Source: Candidatus Marinacidobacterales bacterium (GTDB lineage Bacteria; Acidobacteriota; Vicinamibacteria; Marinacidobacterales; SMYC01). From it: a DNA stretch of 64,000 nucleotides. A model generated the notes under the pieces. It made no database searches. It saw only the letters and a list, made by a program, of their open reading frames with translations, and was not told the DNA's origin. Below, in pieces: positions 29,925-42,274 of the stretch; the stretch's first letter is position 1, and each line of letters opens with the position of its first letter. The stretch lies in assembly GCA_965250115.1 (NCBI GenBank), contig CBDFNJ010000002.1:3841227-3905226 (forward strand). The letters are read 5' to 3'. The translations under genes and the position numbers were made by a program.

Positions 29925-30508
29925 TGCTCTGCCCCTTTCGCTCCTGAAGCCACGCGGAGCAGGTCAGTCAGTCGCTGAAAGATCTCCTCAACGCTTCCCT
30001 TGCCGTCGATGCCCACGACCCGGTCATCATAGTAGCCCAGAAGCGGCGCCGTCTGCTCCTGGTAAACCTGAAAGCGTTTCAGCATCGTCTCTTCATTGTC
30101 GTCGGAGCGCTGCACCTCGCCACGACGTCCGGCGATGCGGCGCCTGAGCCCGGCTTCATTCAGGTCGAGGCTGGCGATCACCGCCGGCGGCGTCTCCCTT
30201 TCGCCCAGCAGCTCGTCGAGCGCCTCTGCTTGCGGAATGGTGCGAGGGAATCCGTCCAAAATGTAACCCCCTTCGCAGTCGTTCTGCTTGAGTCTATCCC
30301 GGACGATTCCGAGCATGATGTCGTCGCTCACCAGCTTTCCGGCGTCCATGACCTTCTTCGCTCGCTCTCCCAGTTCCGTACCGGCGGCGACCGCATCGCG
30401 CAGGATGACTCCGGTCGAGATGTGCGGTATCGCAAGTTCCGCGGAAAGCTTCTGAGCTTGAGTGCCTTTTCCGGCTCCCGGAGGTCCTAGTAGTATGAGA
30501 CGAACCAT
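29921..30508 (-). CDS. adk: Adenylate kinase (short LID, no zinc)
   Basis: LLGPPGAGKGTQA P-loop; GFPRTIPQAEAL. Confidence 0.95.
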   Translation of the reverse strand: MVRLILLGPPGAGKGTQAQKLSAELAIPHISTGVILRDAVAAGTELGERAKKVMDAGKLVSDDIMLGIVRDRLKQNDCEGGYILDGFPRTIPQAEALDELLGERETPPAVIASLDLNEAGLRRRIAGRRGEVQRSDDNEETMLKRFQVYQEQTAPLLGYYDDRVVGIDGKGSVEEIFQRLTDLLRVASGAKGAEQ

Positions 30509-30511
30509 TCC

Positions 30512-31897
30512 TTATCCCCGCCGCCCACGAATGCGTCCACGTTTCATGAATCCGTCATAGTGGCGCATGATGAGTTGACTCTCGACTTGCTGAACCGTAT
30601 CCATCGCGACACCAACGATGATCAGGAGCGACGTACCCCCGAAGTAGAAAGTGACGCCCATCCCCTCCGTGATCCAGCCGGGAAGGAACGAGTCCAGCCA
30701 CGGCCCGATGACCGGAAGGGGCGCGACTCTGAAGCCGGCGATGAGAAACTCGGGCAAGACCGAAACGGCCGCGAGGTAGAGTGCGCCGCCGAAGGTCAGC
30801 CGGGTCAGGATACTGTCGATGTACTCCGCCGTGCGCTTACCGGGCCGAATGCCGGGGACATAGCCCCCGTACTTCCGCATGTTGTCGGCGACGTCGTCGG
30901 GATTGAAGATGATGGCGGTATAGAAGTAGCAAAAGAAAACGATGCCCGCGACGTAGATCAGCGTATAGAGCGGCATTCCCCATGCGAGCTGCTGGGCGAC
31001 GTTGTTCATCCATGGACTGTTCGGAAACATCGAGGCGAAGGTCTGGGGCAAAGCGATGATCGAGCTCGCAAAGATGACGGGAATGACGCCACTGGTATTC
31101 ACTTTGAGGGGCAAGTGAGTCGACTGCCCCTGATACATACGGCGGCCGACGACGCGCTTCGCGTATTGGACCGGAATGCGCCTTTGGGCCCGCTCGACAT
31201 AGACGATGAAGCCGACGACCGCGACCATGAAGGCCGTCAACAACAAGATACCGAAGACGCTCTGCTCGCCGGTCGAGATGTTTCGAATCGTGGATACGAT
31301 CGCCGGGGGGAATCCGACCACGATCCCCGCAAAGATGAGCAGCGACATCCCGTTGCCGATGCCTCGCTCGGTGATCTGCTCACCGAGCCACATGATGAAG
31401 ACCGTTCCCGCCGTCAGCGTCAGTACCGTCATCAGGGTGAAGGGGAGCCCGGGGTTGGCCACCAGCGTGAGCCCGCCGGTGAGCTCCGTCTTCTGCAAGA
31501 AGGCCGCGATGCCCGCCGACTGGATCACACTCAGGAGCACTGTGCCGTAACGAGTGTATTGGGTGATCTTTTTGCGCCCGAGCTCACCCTCTTTCGAAAG
31601 CTTCTCCAGGTAGGGCCAGACCACCGTCAAAAGCTGGAGAATGATCGAGGCGCTGATATAGGGCATGATGCCGAGGGCGAAAACCGTGACCCGCGACAGA
31701 TTGCCCCCCGAGAACATATCCACGAAGCCGAACCATGTTCCCCGGTTCTGCTCGAAGAATTCCGTGAGCGCCCGCGCGTCGACTCCGGGTGTGGGAATGT
31801 GGTTCCCCAACCGATAGACCGCGAGCATTCCCAGAGTGAACAGAACCCGATTCCTCAGGTCCGGAATGCGGAAGATGTTCTTGAGGCTCTCGATCAC
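30512..31897 (-). CDS. secY: Preprotein translocase SecY
   Basis: 10-TM protein with typical SecY blocks ([21 protein letters not shown]). Confidence 0.97.
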   Translation of the reverse strand: MIESLKNIFRIPDLRNRVLFTLGMLAVYRLGNHIPTPGVDARALTEFFEQNRGTWFGFVDMFSGGNLSRVTVFALGIMPYISASIILQLLTVVWPYLEKLSKEGELGRKKITQYTRYGTVLLSVIQSAGIAAFLQKTELTGGLTLVANPGLPFTLMTVLTLTAGTVFIMWLGEQITERGIGNGMSLLIFAGIVVGFPPAIVSTIRNISTGEQSVFGILLLTAFMVAVVGFIVYVERAQRRIPVQYAKRVVGRRMYQGQSTHLPLKVNTSGVIPVIFASSIIALPQTFASMFPNSPWMNNVAQQLAWGMPLYTLIYVAGIVFFCYFYTAIIFNPDDVADNMRKYGGYVPGIRPGKRTAEYIDSILTRLTFGGALYLAAVSVLPEFLIAGFRVAPLPVIGPWLDSFLPGWITEGMGVTFYFGGTSLLIIVGVAMDTVQQVESQLIMRHYDGFMKRGRIRGRRG

Positions 31898-32340
31898 GCC
31901 GTGAGCTCCTCCACCGTACCTCCGCTGGCCTCGACCTTGGCTTTAGCGGACGCACTGAACCCGTGCGCGTGAACGATGAGCTTCTTCGTGAGGTCACCGT
32001 TGCCGAGAACCTTGATCGCATCAAAGCTCTTCCTCACCAGTCGGTTCTGCACCAAGAGCTCGGGGGTTACGATGGTTCCCTCGGCAAAGCGATCCAGTTC
32101 GCCGACGTTCACCGTTTCGACGTTCTTCTTGAAGATGTTGGTGAATCCCCGCTTGGGCACACGTCGGATGAGAGGCATCTGGCCTCCCTCGAATCCGCGC
32201 CTTCGGGAGTATCCCGAGCGGGACCTCGCTCCCTTGTGGCCTCGCGCCGCCGTCTTTCCGGTTCCCGAGCCGGGTCCGCGGCCCACGCGCTTCCTGGGCT
32301 TGAGCGTTCCGTCGGCAGGTTTGAGTGAATCTAAGCTCAT
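31894..32340 (-). CDS. rplO: 50S ribosomal protein L15
   Basis: Start set at [11 protein letters not shown] (ATG 32340, 4 nt after the rpmD stop). [18 protein letters not shown]. Confidence 0.93.
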   Translation of the reverse strand: MSLDSLKPADGTLKPRKRVGRGPGSGTGKTAARGHKGARSRSGYSRRRGFEGGQMPLIRRVPKRGFTNIFKKNVETVNVGELDRFAEGTIVTPELLVQNRLVRKSFDAIKVLGNGDLTKKLIVHAHGFSASAKAKVEASGGTVEELTA

Positions 32341-32344
32341 CGTT

Positions 32345-32557
32345 CTACTCTCTCGCTTCGAGGACATCGACGAGGTGAGAAACCTTGCCGATCATGCCCC
32401 GGATTTCCTTCGTATCCTGAAGCTCGGCCGTAGACTGCAGCTTTCTGAGACCGAGACCGCGGACGACCTGCCGTTCATAGTTGGTCGAGCCAATGAGGCT
32501 CTTGACGAGCTTCACCTTGAGAGAGCCTTTTCTTTTGGATGCCTTTTTCTTGGCCAC
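32345..32557 (-). CDS. rpmD: 50S ribosomal protein L30
   Basis: [27 protein letters not shown]. Confidence 0.95.
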   Translation of the reverse strand: MAKKKASKRKGSLKVKLVKSLIGSTNYERQVVRGLGLRKLQSTAELQDTKEIRGMIGKVSHLVDVLEARE

Positions 32558-32562
32558 CGTCG

Positions 32563-33066
32563 CTAACCCGTCACCTCGGAAAGCTCCTTGCCCCGGAGGC
32601 GCGCGACGTCCTCGGGATTTCGAAGCGCCGCGAGTCCGGCCATCGTCGCCTTGACGACGTTCTGAGGGTTGGCAGTGCCCAGTGATTTCGTGAGGATGTC
32701 CTTGATCCCGGCCGCCTCCACCACCGCGCGTACAGGGCCGCCCGCGATGACGCCAGTACCCTCGACGGCCGGTTTGAGCAGGACGCGTCCCGCACCGTAG
32801 ATTCCCATCACCTGGTGGGGAATGCTGCCGCCGGAAAGCGGCACCCTGACCAGACTCTTCTTCGCAATCTCGATGCCTTTCCGAATGGCAGACGGCACTT
32901 CTTTCGCTTTACCGAGGCCGAAGCCCACGTGACCGTTGCCGTCCCCCACGACGACCAGCGCCCGGAAAGACAGGTTCTTGCCTCCCTTGACGACCTTGGT
33001 CACTCGATTGATGCTGACGACATTGTCCTTCAGCTCCAGCTCGCTCGAATCGATTTTTTCTCGCAT
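32563..33066 (-). CDS. rpsE: 30S ribosomal protein S5
   Basis: [35 protein letters not shown]. Confidence 0.97.
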   Translation of the reverse strand: MREKIDSSELELKDNVVSINRVTKVVKGGKNLSFRALVVVGDGNGHVGFGLGKAKEVPSAIRKGIEIAKKSLVRVPLSGGSIPHQVMGIYGAGRVLLKPAVEGTGVIAGGPVRAVVEAAGIKDILTKSLGTANPQNVVKATMAGLAALRNPEDVARLRGKELSEVTG

Positions 33067-33092
33067 AGCTCCTCTGGTCTCAATACCTCCTG

Positions 33093-33446
33093 CTAGAACT
33101 TCAACCCGGCTTCGCGAGCCGCTTCTGCGAGCGCGCGGACCCGACCGTGATATTTGACGCCTCCGCGATCGAAGACGACGGAATCGAGCCCCTTCTCACG
33201 ACAGCGCTCAGCAACCAGCTTTCCGACCACAGCCGCACCCTTCCGATTGCGCCCATCCGCGAGACCTTCCTCGCGGCTACTTGCGGCCACGAGTGTATTG
33301 CCCGAAGCGTCGTCGATGACCTGCGCATAGATATGCTTGAGGCTTCGGAAAACACTGAGCCTCGGACGATCGCTCGTTCCGACCACCTTCCTGCGAATAC
33401 GAAGGTGAACTCTCCTCTTTGCTTCCAGCTTGTTATGAACTCTCAT
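33093..33446 (-). CDS. rplR: 50S ribosomal protein L18
   Basis: [20 protein letters not shown]...[26 protein letters not shown]. Confidence 0.97.
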   Translation of the reverse strand: MRVHNKLEAKRRVHLRIRRKVVGTSDRPRLSVFRSLKHIYAQVIDDASGNTLVAASSREEGLADGRNRKGAAVVGKLVAERCREKGLDSVVFDRGGVKYHGRVRALAEAAREAGLKF

Positions 33447-33455
33447 GGCTCGCTC

Positions 33456-33998
33456 TTAGGTTGTCACTCCGGTCTTGCCAGCCTTCTTCTTGAGGTGCTC
33501 GCCGGTGTAACGAATACCCTTTTGCTTGTAGGGATCGGGTTTGCGAAGAATCCGAATGTTTGCCGCGACTTGTCCCACCAATTGCTTGTCGAACCCACTT
33601 ACGGTGATATGAGTGTTCTTGTCGATCTTGATATCGATCCCCTCCGGAATAGGAAAGGCAATGGGGTGGGAATAACCGAGCGAAAACTGGATGGTCCTGC
33701 CCTCGACCGCCGCGCGGTAGCCGATGCCGACGATATCCAATTCCTTGACGTAGCCCTCCGAAACGCCGTGCACGGCATTCGCGACAAGGCTCCGGGCAAG
33801 TCCCCAGAACGGCCTTCTCATGCTCGAATCGTCCACCGGGACCGCCTTCAGAGCTCCGCCCTCCTCTTCGAAGCGAATCCCGTCGGGCAGTCGAGTGGCG
33901 AGCTTGCCTTTGGGCCCATCTACGTGCACTCGGCCGTCCTCGATCTTCACCTTGACCCCGCTCGGAACGGGGATTGGTTTGCTACCTACTCGCGACAT
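33456..33998 (-). CDS. rplF: 50S ribosomal protein L6
   Basis: [17 protein letters not shown]...[12 protein letters not shown]. Confidence 0.97.
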   Translation of the reverse strand: MSRVGSKPIPVPSGVKVKIEDGRVHVDGPKGKLATRLPDGIRFEEEGGALKAVPVDDSSMRRPFWGLARSLVANAVHGVSEGYVKELDIVGIGYRAAVEGRTIQFSLGYSHPIAFPIPEGIDIKIDKNTHITVSGFDKQLVGQVAANIRILRKPDPYKQKGIRYTGEHLKKKAGKTGVTT

Positions 33999-34016
33999 CG
34001 ATAGATCCTCGGGTTG

Positions 34017-34412
34017 TTACCACACGTTGCAAAGAATCTCGCCACCCACGCCCTCACGAGTCGCTCTCCGACCCGTCATCAGTCCGCGCGACGTGGAAAG
34101 AATATTGACTCCCAAGCCTCCCTGAACCCGGGGGATATCTCCCTTATTGACGTAGATGCGACAGCCGGGACGGGAAACACGCCGAAGGCCCAGAATGACG
34201 TTGGATCCGTCGGAGGCGCGTCGCAGCGAGATTTTCAGAACTCCCTGTTTGTCGTCGGCCACCCGCTCGAAGTCGTGGACATAACCTTCCTCTTTCAGAA
34301 TCTTCGCGATCTCCACCTTGAGGTTAGAGGCGGGGATGTTTACTCGGGTATGCCGAGCGGTGAGCGCGTTGCGAATGCGTGTCAACATGTCGGCGACGGG
34401 ATCCGTCATCAT
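34017..34412 (-). CDS. rpsH: 30S ribosomal protein S8
   Basis: [16 protein letters not shown]. Confidence 0.97.
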   Translation of the reverse strand: MMTDPVADMLTRIRNALTARHTRVNIPASNLKVEIAKILKEEGYVHDFERVADDKQGVLKISLRRASDGSNVILGLRRVSRPGCRIYVNKGDIPRVQGGLGVNILSTSRGLMTGRRATREGVGGEILCNVW

Positions 34413-34425
34413 TTTCGTCTTCTCC

Positions 34426-34611
34426 TCACCAGCTCGATTTCATCAAACCGGGGATCTCGCCCGCGAGCGCCAGCTTGCGAAAGCACAAGCGGCACAGCCG
34501 GAACTTTCTCAAGTAACCTCGCGGACGGCCGCAGACGTTGCAGCGATTGTGCTCACGCACATGAAACTTCGGCTTGCGCAGCGATCTTGCGACGGCAGAC
34601 TTCTTGGCCAA
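34426..34611 (-). CDS. rpsN: 30S ribosomal protein S14, type Z (zinc form)
   Basis: 61 aa, [22 protein letters not shown]. Confidence 0.96.
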   Translation of the reverse strand: MAKKSAVARSLRKPKFHVREHNRCNVCGRPRGYLRKFRLCRLCFRKLALAGEIPGLMKSSW

Positions 34612-34622
34612 ATCCTTGCCTC

Positions 34623-35168
34623 CTACTGAGTTCTTCTGAAGGGCATGCCCATCAGTTCGAGCAAGCGTCGAGCACCTTCGTCGTTCGTCGACGAAGTGAC
34701 AAAAGTGATGTTCATTCCTCGCGTCTGATCCACTCTGGAATAGTCGATCTCGGGAAAAATGAGCTGGTCCTCTAGCCCCATCGTGTAATTACCTCGTCCG
34801 TCGAACGAGCGGGTCGGAAGACCTCGGAAGTCGCGAACACGAGGGAGCGCGATGTTCACCAGGCGATCGATGAACTCGTACATCCTCTTTCCGCGAAGTG
34901 TGACGCTGCAGCCGACCGGTTGCCCTTCGCGAAGTTTGAAGGCGGCGATGGACTTCTTCGCCCTTCGCATGACCGGCTTTTGGCCCACGATGGCGCCGAG
35001 CTCGACCATTGCGGCATCGAGCAGCTTGATATTGGCCGACGCCTCGCCAATGCCCATATTGACCACAACCTTGCTCATCCTGGGCGTGGCCCAAACATTG
35101 TCGAGCGCGAGGTCCTTCACGAGCTGCGGCTTGATGCTCTCGTGATACCGCTTCTCCAGACGGCTCAT
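34623..35168 (-). CDS. rplE: 50S ribosomal protein L5
   Basis: Start at [10 protein letters not shown] (ATG 35168, ATGA overlap with the rplX stop). Confidence 0.95.
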   Translation of the reverse strand: MSRLEKRYHESIKPQLVKDLALDNVWATPRMSKVVVNMGIGEASANIKLLDAAMVELGAIVGQKPVMRRAKKSIAAFKLREGQPVGCSVTLRGKRMYEFIDRLVNIALPRVRDFRGLPTRSFDGRGNYTMGLEDQLIFPEIDYSRVDQTRGMNITFVTSSTNDEGARRLLELMGMPFRRTQ

Positions 35169-35494
35169 TTGTCGACCACCCCTTCGCAAGCCGCACAGGT
35201 TCTCACCTTGCGGCCGTCCGAAAGGATTTTGTGCCGGACGCGAGTGCTCTGGTCACACTCCGGGCAAACGACCATCAAGTTGCTCACGTGCAACGAGCCC
35301 TCCCGCTCCACGACACCGCCCTTGATGTTCTGCTGCGGATTGGGGCGAGTATGTCGCTTGACCATATTGACTCGCTCGACAATCGCCCGTTCCCGCGCCG
35401 GGATGACACGCAACACCTTGCCGCGTTTCCCGCGATCCTTGCCGCCGCGGACCTCGACCTGGTCGTTCTTCCGTACGTGTAGTTTGTCAGCCAC
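35165..35494 (-). CDS. rplX: 50S ribosomal protein L24 (Cys4 zinc-knuckle form, as in Thermus)
   Basis: [22 protein letters not shown] motif; CPECDQ...CAACEG. Confidence 0.95.
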   Translation of the reverse strand: MADKLHVRKNDQVEVRGGKDRGKRGKVLRVIPARERAIVERVNMVKRHTRPNPQQNIKGGVVEREGSLHVSNLMVVCPECDQSTRVRHKILSDGRKVRTCAACEGVVDK

Positions 35495-35495
35495 T

Positions 35496-35864
35496 TCAGA
35501 GAACCTCTGGTGCCAAAGACACGATCTTCATGAATTTCTTCTCCCGAAGCTCGCGCGCGACGGGACCGAAAACACGAGTTCCCAAGGGCTCGTTCTGATC
35601 GTTGATGAGAACCGCCGCGTTGTTGTCGAATCGAATATAGGTGCCATCTTTACGCCGTTGCTCTTTGCGCGTGCGCACGATCACGGCCTTCACGACCGAG
35701 CCCTTCTTGATGGCGCTTTCTGGTGTCGCTTCCTTCACCGAAGCCGTGATCACGTCACCCAGGTGGGCGATCCGCCCCACGCCGCCGCCCCGTGGGTGGA
35801 TACAGGAGATTTTCTTGGCACCCGAGTTGTCGGCGACCTCGAGTACCGTTTGCATCTGAATCAT
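35496..35864 (-). CDS. rplN: 50S ribosomal protein L14
   Basis: [18 protein letters not shown]. Confidence 0.97.
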   Translation of the reverse strand: MIQMQTVLEVADNSGAKKISCIHPRGGGVGRIAHLGDVITASVKEATPESAIKKGSVVKAVIVRTRKEQRRKDGTYIRFDNNAAVLINDQNEPLGTRVFGPVARELREKKFMKIVSLAPEVL

Positions 35865-35911
35865 GACTTACTCTCGACTCTTAATCTCGAATCTTTGTCT
35901 GGACTCCCGGC

Positions 35912-36202
35912 CTAGGCCCCTTGGCCTGGCGTGGAAGCCGCGGCGGCCTCCTCGAGAGCGGTCGGTGACTCGATGATCTCCACTAGGCGCCAGCGTTTGT
36001 CCTTGGACAGCGGGCGGCATTCCACGATGCGTACCCGATCCCCCGGGCGGCACCGATTCTCCTCGTCGTGCACCATGAACTTCGAAGTCTTCTTGAACGC
36101 TCTCTTGTACAACGGGTGGCGCACGATCCGCTCGACCGCGACTACCGCGGTCTTGTTCATCTTACTGCTTGTAACGACCCCGACCTTCGTTGCCTTCGGC
36201 AT
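35912..36202 (-). CDS. rpsQ: 30S ribosomal protein S17
   Basis: [29 protein letters not shown]. Confidence 0.96.
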   Translation of the reverse strand: MPKATKVGVVTSSKMNKTAVVAVERIVRHPLYKRAFKKTSKFMVHDEENRCRPGDRVRIVECRPLSKDKRWRLVEIIESPTALEEAAAASTPGQGA

Positions 36203-36238
36203 GGTCCTGTTCCTTCGCTCCTCTTGACGATTCCCGCC

Positions 36239-36442
36239 CTAGGCCCGGCTCTTCTCGAGCTCGCGCTCCCGCGCTACTGTCTTGGCCCGCGCCAAGTCCC
36301 GCCTCAGACTGCGGACTTTGCCTGATTGGTCCAGTTGTCCCGTCTCCTTCTGGATGCGCGTACGGAAGATCTCTTCCGATAGATCCCGAAGTTTGCTCTC
36401 GAGCTCCTCGTCACCCAACTCGCGTACTTTTTCTACCTTCAT
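36239..36442 (-). CDS. rpmC: 50S ribosomal protein L29
   Basis: Start at the internal ATG 36442 (MKVEKVRELGDEELESKLRDLSEEIFRTR), 5 nt after the rplP stop. The upstream part of ORF 36239..36589 overlaps rplP. Confidence 0.93.
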   Translation of the reverse strand: MKVEKVRELGDEELESKLRDLSEEIFRTRIQKETGQLDQSGKVRSLRRDLARAKTVARERELEKSRA

Positions 36443-36447
36443 GGCAG

Positions 36448-36864
36448 CTAACCTTCCTCGAACCGGGTCACGAACTTCGTCTTCAGCGGAAGCTTGTGCC
36501 CCGCGAGCCTCATCGCCTCCCGGGCCTGCGCTTCCGTCACGCCTTCCATTTCGTAAAGAATCCGTCCGGGCTTGACCACCGAGACCCACTGCTCGGGGCT
36601 TCCCTTTCCTTTACCCATACGTGTTTCTTGAGGCTTCTTGGTGATGGGTTTGTCCGGAAAGATCCGGATCCAAACGCGACCGTTCCTCTTCACGAAGCGC
36701 GTAATCGCAACACGGGCCGCCTCGATCTGTCGATCGGTAATCCAGCCCGGCTCCAGTACCTTCAAACCGTAGTCGCCGAAAGCGACGGTATGGCCCTTCC
36801 ACGCTTTGCCCTTCATACGGCCGCGCTGCTGCTTTCGGAATTTGACTTTCTTGGGCATCAACAT
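36448..36864 (-). CDS. rplP: 50S ribosomal protein L16
   Basis: [19 protein letters not shown]. Confidence 0.97.
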   Translation of the reverse strand: MLMPKKVKFRKQQRGRMKGKAWKGHTVAFGDYGLKVLEPGWITDRQIEAARVAITRFVKRNGRVWIRIFPDKPITKKPQETRMGKGKGSPEQWVSVVKPGRILYEMEGVTEAQAREAMRLAGHKLPLKTKFVTRFEEG

Positions 36865-36870
36865 GGCGTA

Positions 36871-37554
36871 TTACTCCGTGCGTCGTCCCCGGCTGAGCTC
36901 GGCGGCTTCCTCGCGAAAGGCCGGGCCGATGGGAAGCGACTCCCCTTTGTAGATCCAGCACTTCACTCCGATTTGCCCGTAGGTCGTGAAAGCTTCGGCG
37001 AAACCGTAGTCGATGTCCGCTCGCAGCGTGTGCAGCGGAAGCTGACCCAACAGATACCATTCGGAGCGTGCGATCTCGGCACCGTTGAGACGGCCCGCAC
37101 AACGCACCCGGATACCCATCGCGCCGAAGCGCATTGTCGCATCGACCGACTTTCGCATCGCGCGGCGGAAAGCGATCCTCTTTTCGAGCTGCAAGGCGAT
37201 GGACTCTGCCATCAGCTGGGCGTCCAATTCCGGCTTCGATACCTCGATAATGTTGATGTAGACCTCGCGCTGGGTCTTCGACTGGACCTCCTGCTTGAGC
37301 TTGTCGACCTCGGTTCCCTTCCTGCCGATGATGATGCCAGGCCGCGAAGTGTGGATGTTGATCTTGAGCTTGTTGGCGGCCCGCTCGATCTCGACGCGCG
37401 ACACACCAGCGTGCGAAAAACGCCTTTTGAGCTGACGCTTCAGCTTCAGGTCTTCGTGAAGCAGCATTCCGTAGTCTCGCTCCGCATACCAGCGCGAGCG
37501 CCACGTTTTGTTGTAGCCGAGACGAAATCCGTAGGGATGTACTTTCTGACCCAT
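36871..37554 (-). CDS. rpsC: 30S ribosomal protein S3
   Basis: [13 protein letters not shown]. Confidence 0.97.
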   Translation of the reverse strand: MGQKVHPYGFRLGYNKTWRSRWYAERDYGMLLHEDLKLKRQLKRRFSHAGVSRVEIERAANKLKINIHTSRPGIIIGRKGTEVDKLKQEVQSKTQREVYINIIEVSKPELDAQLMAESIALQLEKRIAFRRAMRKSVDATMRFGAMGIRVRCAGRLNGAEIARSEWYLLGQLPLHTLRADIDYGFAEAFTTYGQIGVKCWIYKGESLPIGPAFREEAAELSRGRRTE

Positions 37555-37587
37555 GCTGACCTTACCGTTTCCCGTTCATTGTTTTGA

Positions 37588-37947
37588 CTAGTCTTGTTCC
37601 TGCTCCGACACCTGAATCGTGAGGTGTGAAGTGCGGTGGATGATCCGAAACGCGCGTCCCATCGGCGCGGGACGAATCCGCTTGAGCGTCGGCCCCGAGT
37701 TGGCGTAGGCCGCGCTCACGACGAGATCGTCCTCGTCGATTCTCTTTGCTTCCTCCACGGCCTTTTGCTGAGCGTTCGCGATGGCCGAGCGAAGAACTTT
37801 CTCCAAAGGGCGACAAACCCTCTTGTTGGTGTTCCGGAGAATCGAAAGCGCTTCCGCGGCTTTCTTCCCGCGAATGAGATCGATGACTAGCCGTGCCTTC
37901 GACGGCGAACCTCTGACGTATTTGGCCGTCGCCCTTGCTTCCACCAT
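37588..37947 (-). CDS. rplV: 50S ribosomal protein L22
   Basis: ATAKYVRGSPSKARLVIDLIRGK. Confidence 0.97.
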   Translation of the reverse strand: MVEARATAKYVRGSPSKARLVIDLIRGKKAAEALSILRNTNKRVCRPLEKVLRSAIANAQQKAVEEAKRIDEDDLVVSAAYANSGPTLKRIRPAPMGRAFRIIHRTSHLTIQVSEQEQD

Positions 37948-37968
37948 CGTGATCTCGCCTCCGAAACT

Positions 37969-38256
37969 CTATCTGGCGACCTTGGACGCCTTGTCCGTTT
38001 TGGTCGTGTGACCACGGAAGGTACGCGTCGGGGAGAACTCGCCCAACTTGTGGCCCACCATGTTCTCGGTCACGTAAACCGGAATGAACTTCTTGCCGTT
38101 GTGAACGGCGACCGTATGACCCACCATCTCAGGAACGACGGTCGAACGCCGCGACCAGGTCTTGAGGACCTTCTTGTCGCCGCCATCGTTCATGATGTCG
38201 ATCTTGTGCATCAAGCTGTTGTCGACGAACGGCCCCTTCTTCAGCGATCTGGCCAT
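37969..38256 (-). CDS. rpsS: 30S ribosomal protein S19
   Basis: [12 protein letters not shown]...[23 protein letters not shown]. Confidence 0.97.
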   Translation of the reverse strand: MARSLKKGPFVDNSLMHKIDIMNDGGDKKVLKTWSRRSTVVPEMVGHTVAVHNGKKFIPVYVTENMVGHKLGEFSPTRTFRGHTTKTDKASKVAR

Positions 38257-38261
38257 ACTGT

Positions 38262-39095
38262 CTAACCCCTCTTCTTACCACGGCCGCGCACGATGAACTT
38301 GTCGGTGCGCTTGTTGTTCCGCGTCTTGTAGCCTTTTGTGGGCACGCCCCATGGTGTGACGGGGTGACGCCCGCCAGAAGTCTTGCCCTCGCCGCCACCG
38401 TGCGGATGATCGACGGGATTCATCGTTACGCCGCGGTTGTGCGGCCTGCGTCCGAGCCAACGCTTTCGCCCCGCTTTTCCGAGGCTAACGTTCTCGTGCT
38501 CTACGTTGCCGACCTGGCCGACGGTGGCGCGACACAGTTTGTGGACGACGCGAACCTCTCCGGAGGGCAGCTTGAGCTGGGCGTACTTTCCGTCTTTGGC
38601 CACGACCTGAGCACCGGCGCCCGCGCTTCGCGCCATCTGGCCGCCCTTGCCGGGCTTGAGCTCGATATTGTGTACCATCGTGCCCAAGGGCATCCGCGCG
38701 AGGGGAAGGCAATTCCCCGGCAAGATGTCCGCGGTTTCGCTGCTGACCACGGAGTCTCCGACTTTCAGGCCGACGGGATGAATAATGTAGGCTTTCTCTC
38801 CATCCGCATAGTGAATCCGAGCAACCCGCGCGGAGCGGTTCGGGTCGTATTCGATCGAAGCCACTTTCGCCGGAACATCAGTCTTCTTCCGTTTGAAGTC
38901 GATGACGCGATAGCGCTGCTTGTGTCCGCCACCGCGGAAACGAACGGTGATACGTCCCCCCGAATTGCGTCCACCGCTGCCGCTCTTGGCCTCGGTTAGA
39001 GCCTTGAATGGCTTCTTCTCCGTGAGCTCTTCGAAGCTCTGTACCGTATAGAAGCGACGTCCAGGCGACGTGGGGCTGAATTTCTTGATCGCCAT
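38262..39095 (-). CDS. rplB: 50S ribosomal protein L2
   Basis: GGGHKQRYR...[13 protein letters not shown]. Confidence 0.98.
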   Translation of the reverse strand: MAIKKFSPTSPGRRFYTVQSFEELTEKKPFKALTEAKSGSGGRNSGGRITVRFRGGGHKQRYRVIDFKRKKTDVPAKVASIEYDPNRSARVARIHYADGEKAYIIHPVGLKVGDSVVSSETADILPGNCLPLARMPLGTMVHNIELKPGKGGQMARSAGAGAQVVAKDGKYAQLKLPSGEVRVVHKLCRATVGQVGNVEHENVSLGKAGRKRWLGRRPHNRGVTMNPVDHPHGGGEGKTSGGRHPVTPWGVPTKGYKTRNNKRTDKFIVRGRGKKRG

Positions 39096-39101
39096 CGTTT
39101 A

Positions 39102-39392
39102 TCAGACTCCCTCGAAGAACTCGATCATCTTCTCGCCGGCGCGCAGCGTCACGAAGGCTTTCTTCCAGTCCGGTCTCTTGCCTTCGAAACGGCCATAGCG
39201 CTTGAGCTTACCGTTCATCTTCGTCGTGCACACTCCGGAGACCTTCACGCCGAAGAGCTTCTCCACGGCGTTTCTAATCTCGGTCTTGTTCGCACCGACC
39301 GCCACGCGGAAAACGAGCGTCCGGTGGTGGTCTTTCAAGAGCGTCGCCTTTTCGGTAATGAGGGGCCCTCGAATAACGTCGTGTTGATTCAT
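39102..39392 (-). CDS. rplW: 50S ribosomal protein L23
   Basis: VIRGPLITEKAT...FRVAVGANKTEIRNAVEKLF. Confidence 0.96.
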   Translation of the reverse strand: MNQHDVIRGPLITEKATLLKDHHRTLVFRVAVGANKTEIRNAVEKLFGVKVSGVCTTKMNGKLKRYGRFEGKRPDWKKAFVTLRAGEKMIEFFEGV

Positions 39393-40018
39393 CGCTGAAG
39401 CCTCTCTTCCAAATTGAGCGCAGCCTCTTCCGAAATGATGAGATTTTGCGCCGCCAGGACGTCATAGGCGTGGACGGCCCCCGCCGATCGGACGCTTACC
39501 TTCTGGAGGTTGCGGGCCGAAAGGTACAGGCCTTCCGACGGCTTCAGTTCCACGAGGAGCACGCGGCCCGAGCCGACGCCGAGCTGCTCGAGCTTTTGCT
39601 TGAGGGTCTTGGTGCTAGGGGCCTCCCATGCGAGCGACGGCACGACCGTCACCGCATCCTCCTTGACCCGAAGGGACAGTGCGGAACGGAGTGCACCCCG
39701 CTGGACCTTACCATTGAGCTTGAACCCGTAGTCGCGTGGTTGAGGGCCGAATACCGTTCCACCCTTTCTCCAGAGCGGGTTTCGGCTCGATCCCACGCGA
39801 GCGCGCCCGGTGCCTTTCTGACGCCAGGGCTTGGCGCCACCACCGCGCACGAGCGCGCGGTTCTTGGTCGCGTGGGTCCCGCGATGGGACCTCGCCCGGT
39901 AGTGTTTCACCGCCTCATAGAGCAGATGACGATTGGGAGTCACGCCGAAGACGGCGTCGCTCAGCGACTTTTCACCGCGGGCACCCCCCCCCACATCCAC
40001 CAGGGGAACACTAGGCAT
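39389..40018 (-). CDS. rplD: 50S ribosomal protein L4
   Basis: Start at ATG 40018 ([11 protein letters not shown]). [27 protein letters not shown]. Confidence 0.95.
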   Translation of the reverse strand: MPSVPLVDVGGGARGEKSLSDAVFGVTPNRHLLYEAVKHYRARSHRGTHATKNRALVRGGGAKPWRQKGTGRARVGSSRNPLWRKGGTVFGPQPRDYGFKLNGKVQRGALRSALSLRVKEDAVTVVPSLAWEAPSTKTLKQKLEQLGVGSGRVLLVELKPSEGLYLSARNLQKVSVRSAGAVHAYDVLAAQNLIISEEAALNLEERLQR

Positions 40019-40676
40019 CGCCGCTCTTCTCCTTGGCCGTGCCGGCCGTGGCCGCAACCGAGGCGGCCTTCACGATCTCGACGTAGCCACCGTTCGCTCC
40101 GGGAACTGCGCCTTTGATGAGAATCAAGTCTTCTTCCTCGATGACGTCAACAACCTCGAGGTTCCTTGTGGTGATTTTCTTGTCACCCATTTGACCCGGC
40201 GAGCGCATGCCGGGTAGCACGCGGGAAGGGTAGGCCGACTGGCCGATCGAACCCGGCCCGCGATGATGCATCGAGCCGTGCGACGCCTTGCCACCGCCGA
40301 AGCCATGACGTTTCATCACGCCAGCGAAACCCTTGCCTTTGCTGACGCCCGTCACATTCACCGTATCGGAAGCGTGAAAGATCGAGACTTTGATGGACTC
40401 TCCGACCTTCATTTCGGCTTCAGGCTCGACCTCGAACTCCCGCAGCACGCGACAGGGCGCTACGCCAGCTTTCCGGAAGTGACCTTCCATCGGACGATTC
40501 GCCTTTCCTCCGGCTTCGACGAGCCCGATCTGGACCGCGCGATATCCGTCACGATCTTCCGTCTTCAGTTGGACGACGACGCAGGGGCCCGCCTTGAGGA
40601 CGGTCAGTGGAACGACGGTGCCGTCGTCCGTGAAACGCTGGGTCATTCCGATTTTCCTGCCGATGATCGCGGTCAT
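40011..40676 (-). CDS. rplC: 50S ribosomal protein L3
   Basis: Start at ATG 40676 ([15 protein letters not shown]), ATGA overlap with the rpsJ stop. The upstream ORF-track extension overlaps rpsJ. Confidence 0.95.
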   Translation of the reverse strand: MTAIIGRKIGMTQRFTDDGTVVPLTVLKAGPCVVVQLKTEDRDGYRAVQIGLVEAGGKANRPMEGHFRKAGVAPCRVLREFEVEPEAEMKVGESIKVSIFHASDTVNVTGVSKGKGFAGVMKRHGFGGGKASHGSMHHRGPGSIGQSAYPSRVLPGMRSPGQMGDKKITTRNLEVVDVIEEEDLILIKGAVPGANGGYVEIVKAASVAATAGTAKEKSGDA

Positions 40677-41002
40677 TTCGAATGCTCTTTGCCAAAGGCT
40701 TTGATCTCGACGTCCACGCCGGCTGGCAGGTCCAGCCGCATCAGCGCATCCACCGTCTGAGGCGTCGGCTCGAAAATGTCCAAGAGCCGTTTGTGCGTAC
40801 GGATCTCGAACTGTTCTCTGGATTTCTTGTCGACGTGGGGCGAGCGCAGGACCGTCCACTTGTTCTTCACCGTTGGGAGGGGGATTGGCCCCGCAATGCG
40901 GGCACCGGTCCGCTTCGCCGTCTCCACGATCTCGTGGGTCGACTGGTCAAGAATCCGATAGTCGTAGGCTTTGAGCCGGATTCGGATTTTCTCGCTTATC
41001 AC
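40673..41002 (-). CDS. rpsJ: 30S ribosomal protein S10
   Basis: [17 protein letters not shown]...FEIRTHKRL. Confidence 0.97.
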   Translation of the reverse strand: MISEKIRIRLKAYDYRILDQSTHEIVETAKRTGARIAGPIPLPTVKNKWTVLRSPHVDKKSREQFEIRTHKRLLDIFEPTPQTVDALMRLDLPAGVDVEIKAFGKEHSK

Positions 41003-41053
41003 TTTCTCTTCCCTCTTTTAGTCCGCCCTAGCCTCGCGAAGGCAGAGGCTCCT

Positions 41054-42238
<1,185 letters not shown>

Positions 42239-42274
42239 GAGACTTCCTACTCCTAGTTTCTCGGTGACTGCACA

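Noticed and set aside
41003-41053. AGCCUC-N9-GAGGCU hairpin between tuf and rpsJ, considered as an S10-leader or terminator element.
   Set aside because: The stem is short (6 bp), there is no U-tract, and the spacer (51 nt) is too small to hold an L4-responsive leader like the E. coli one.
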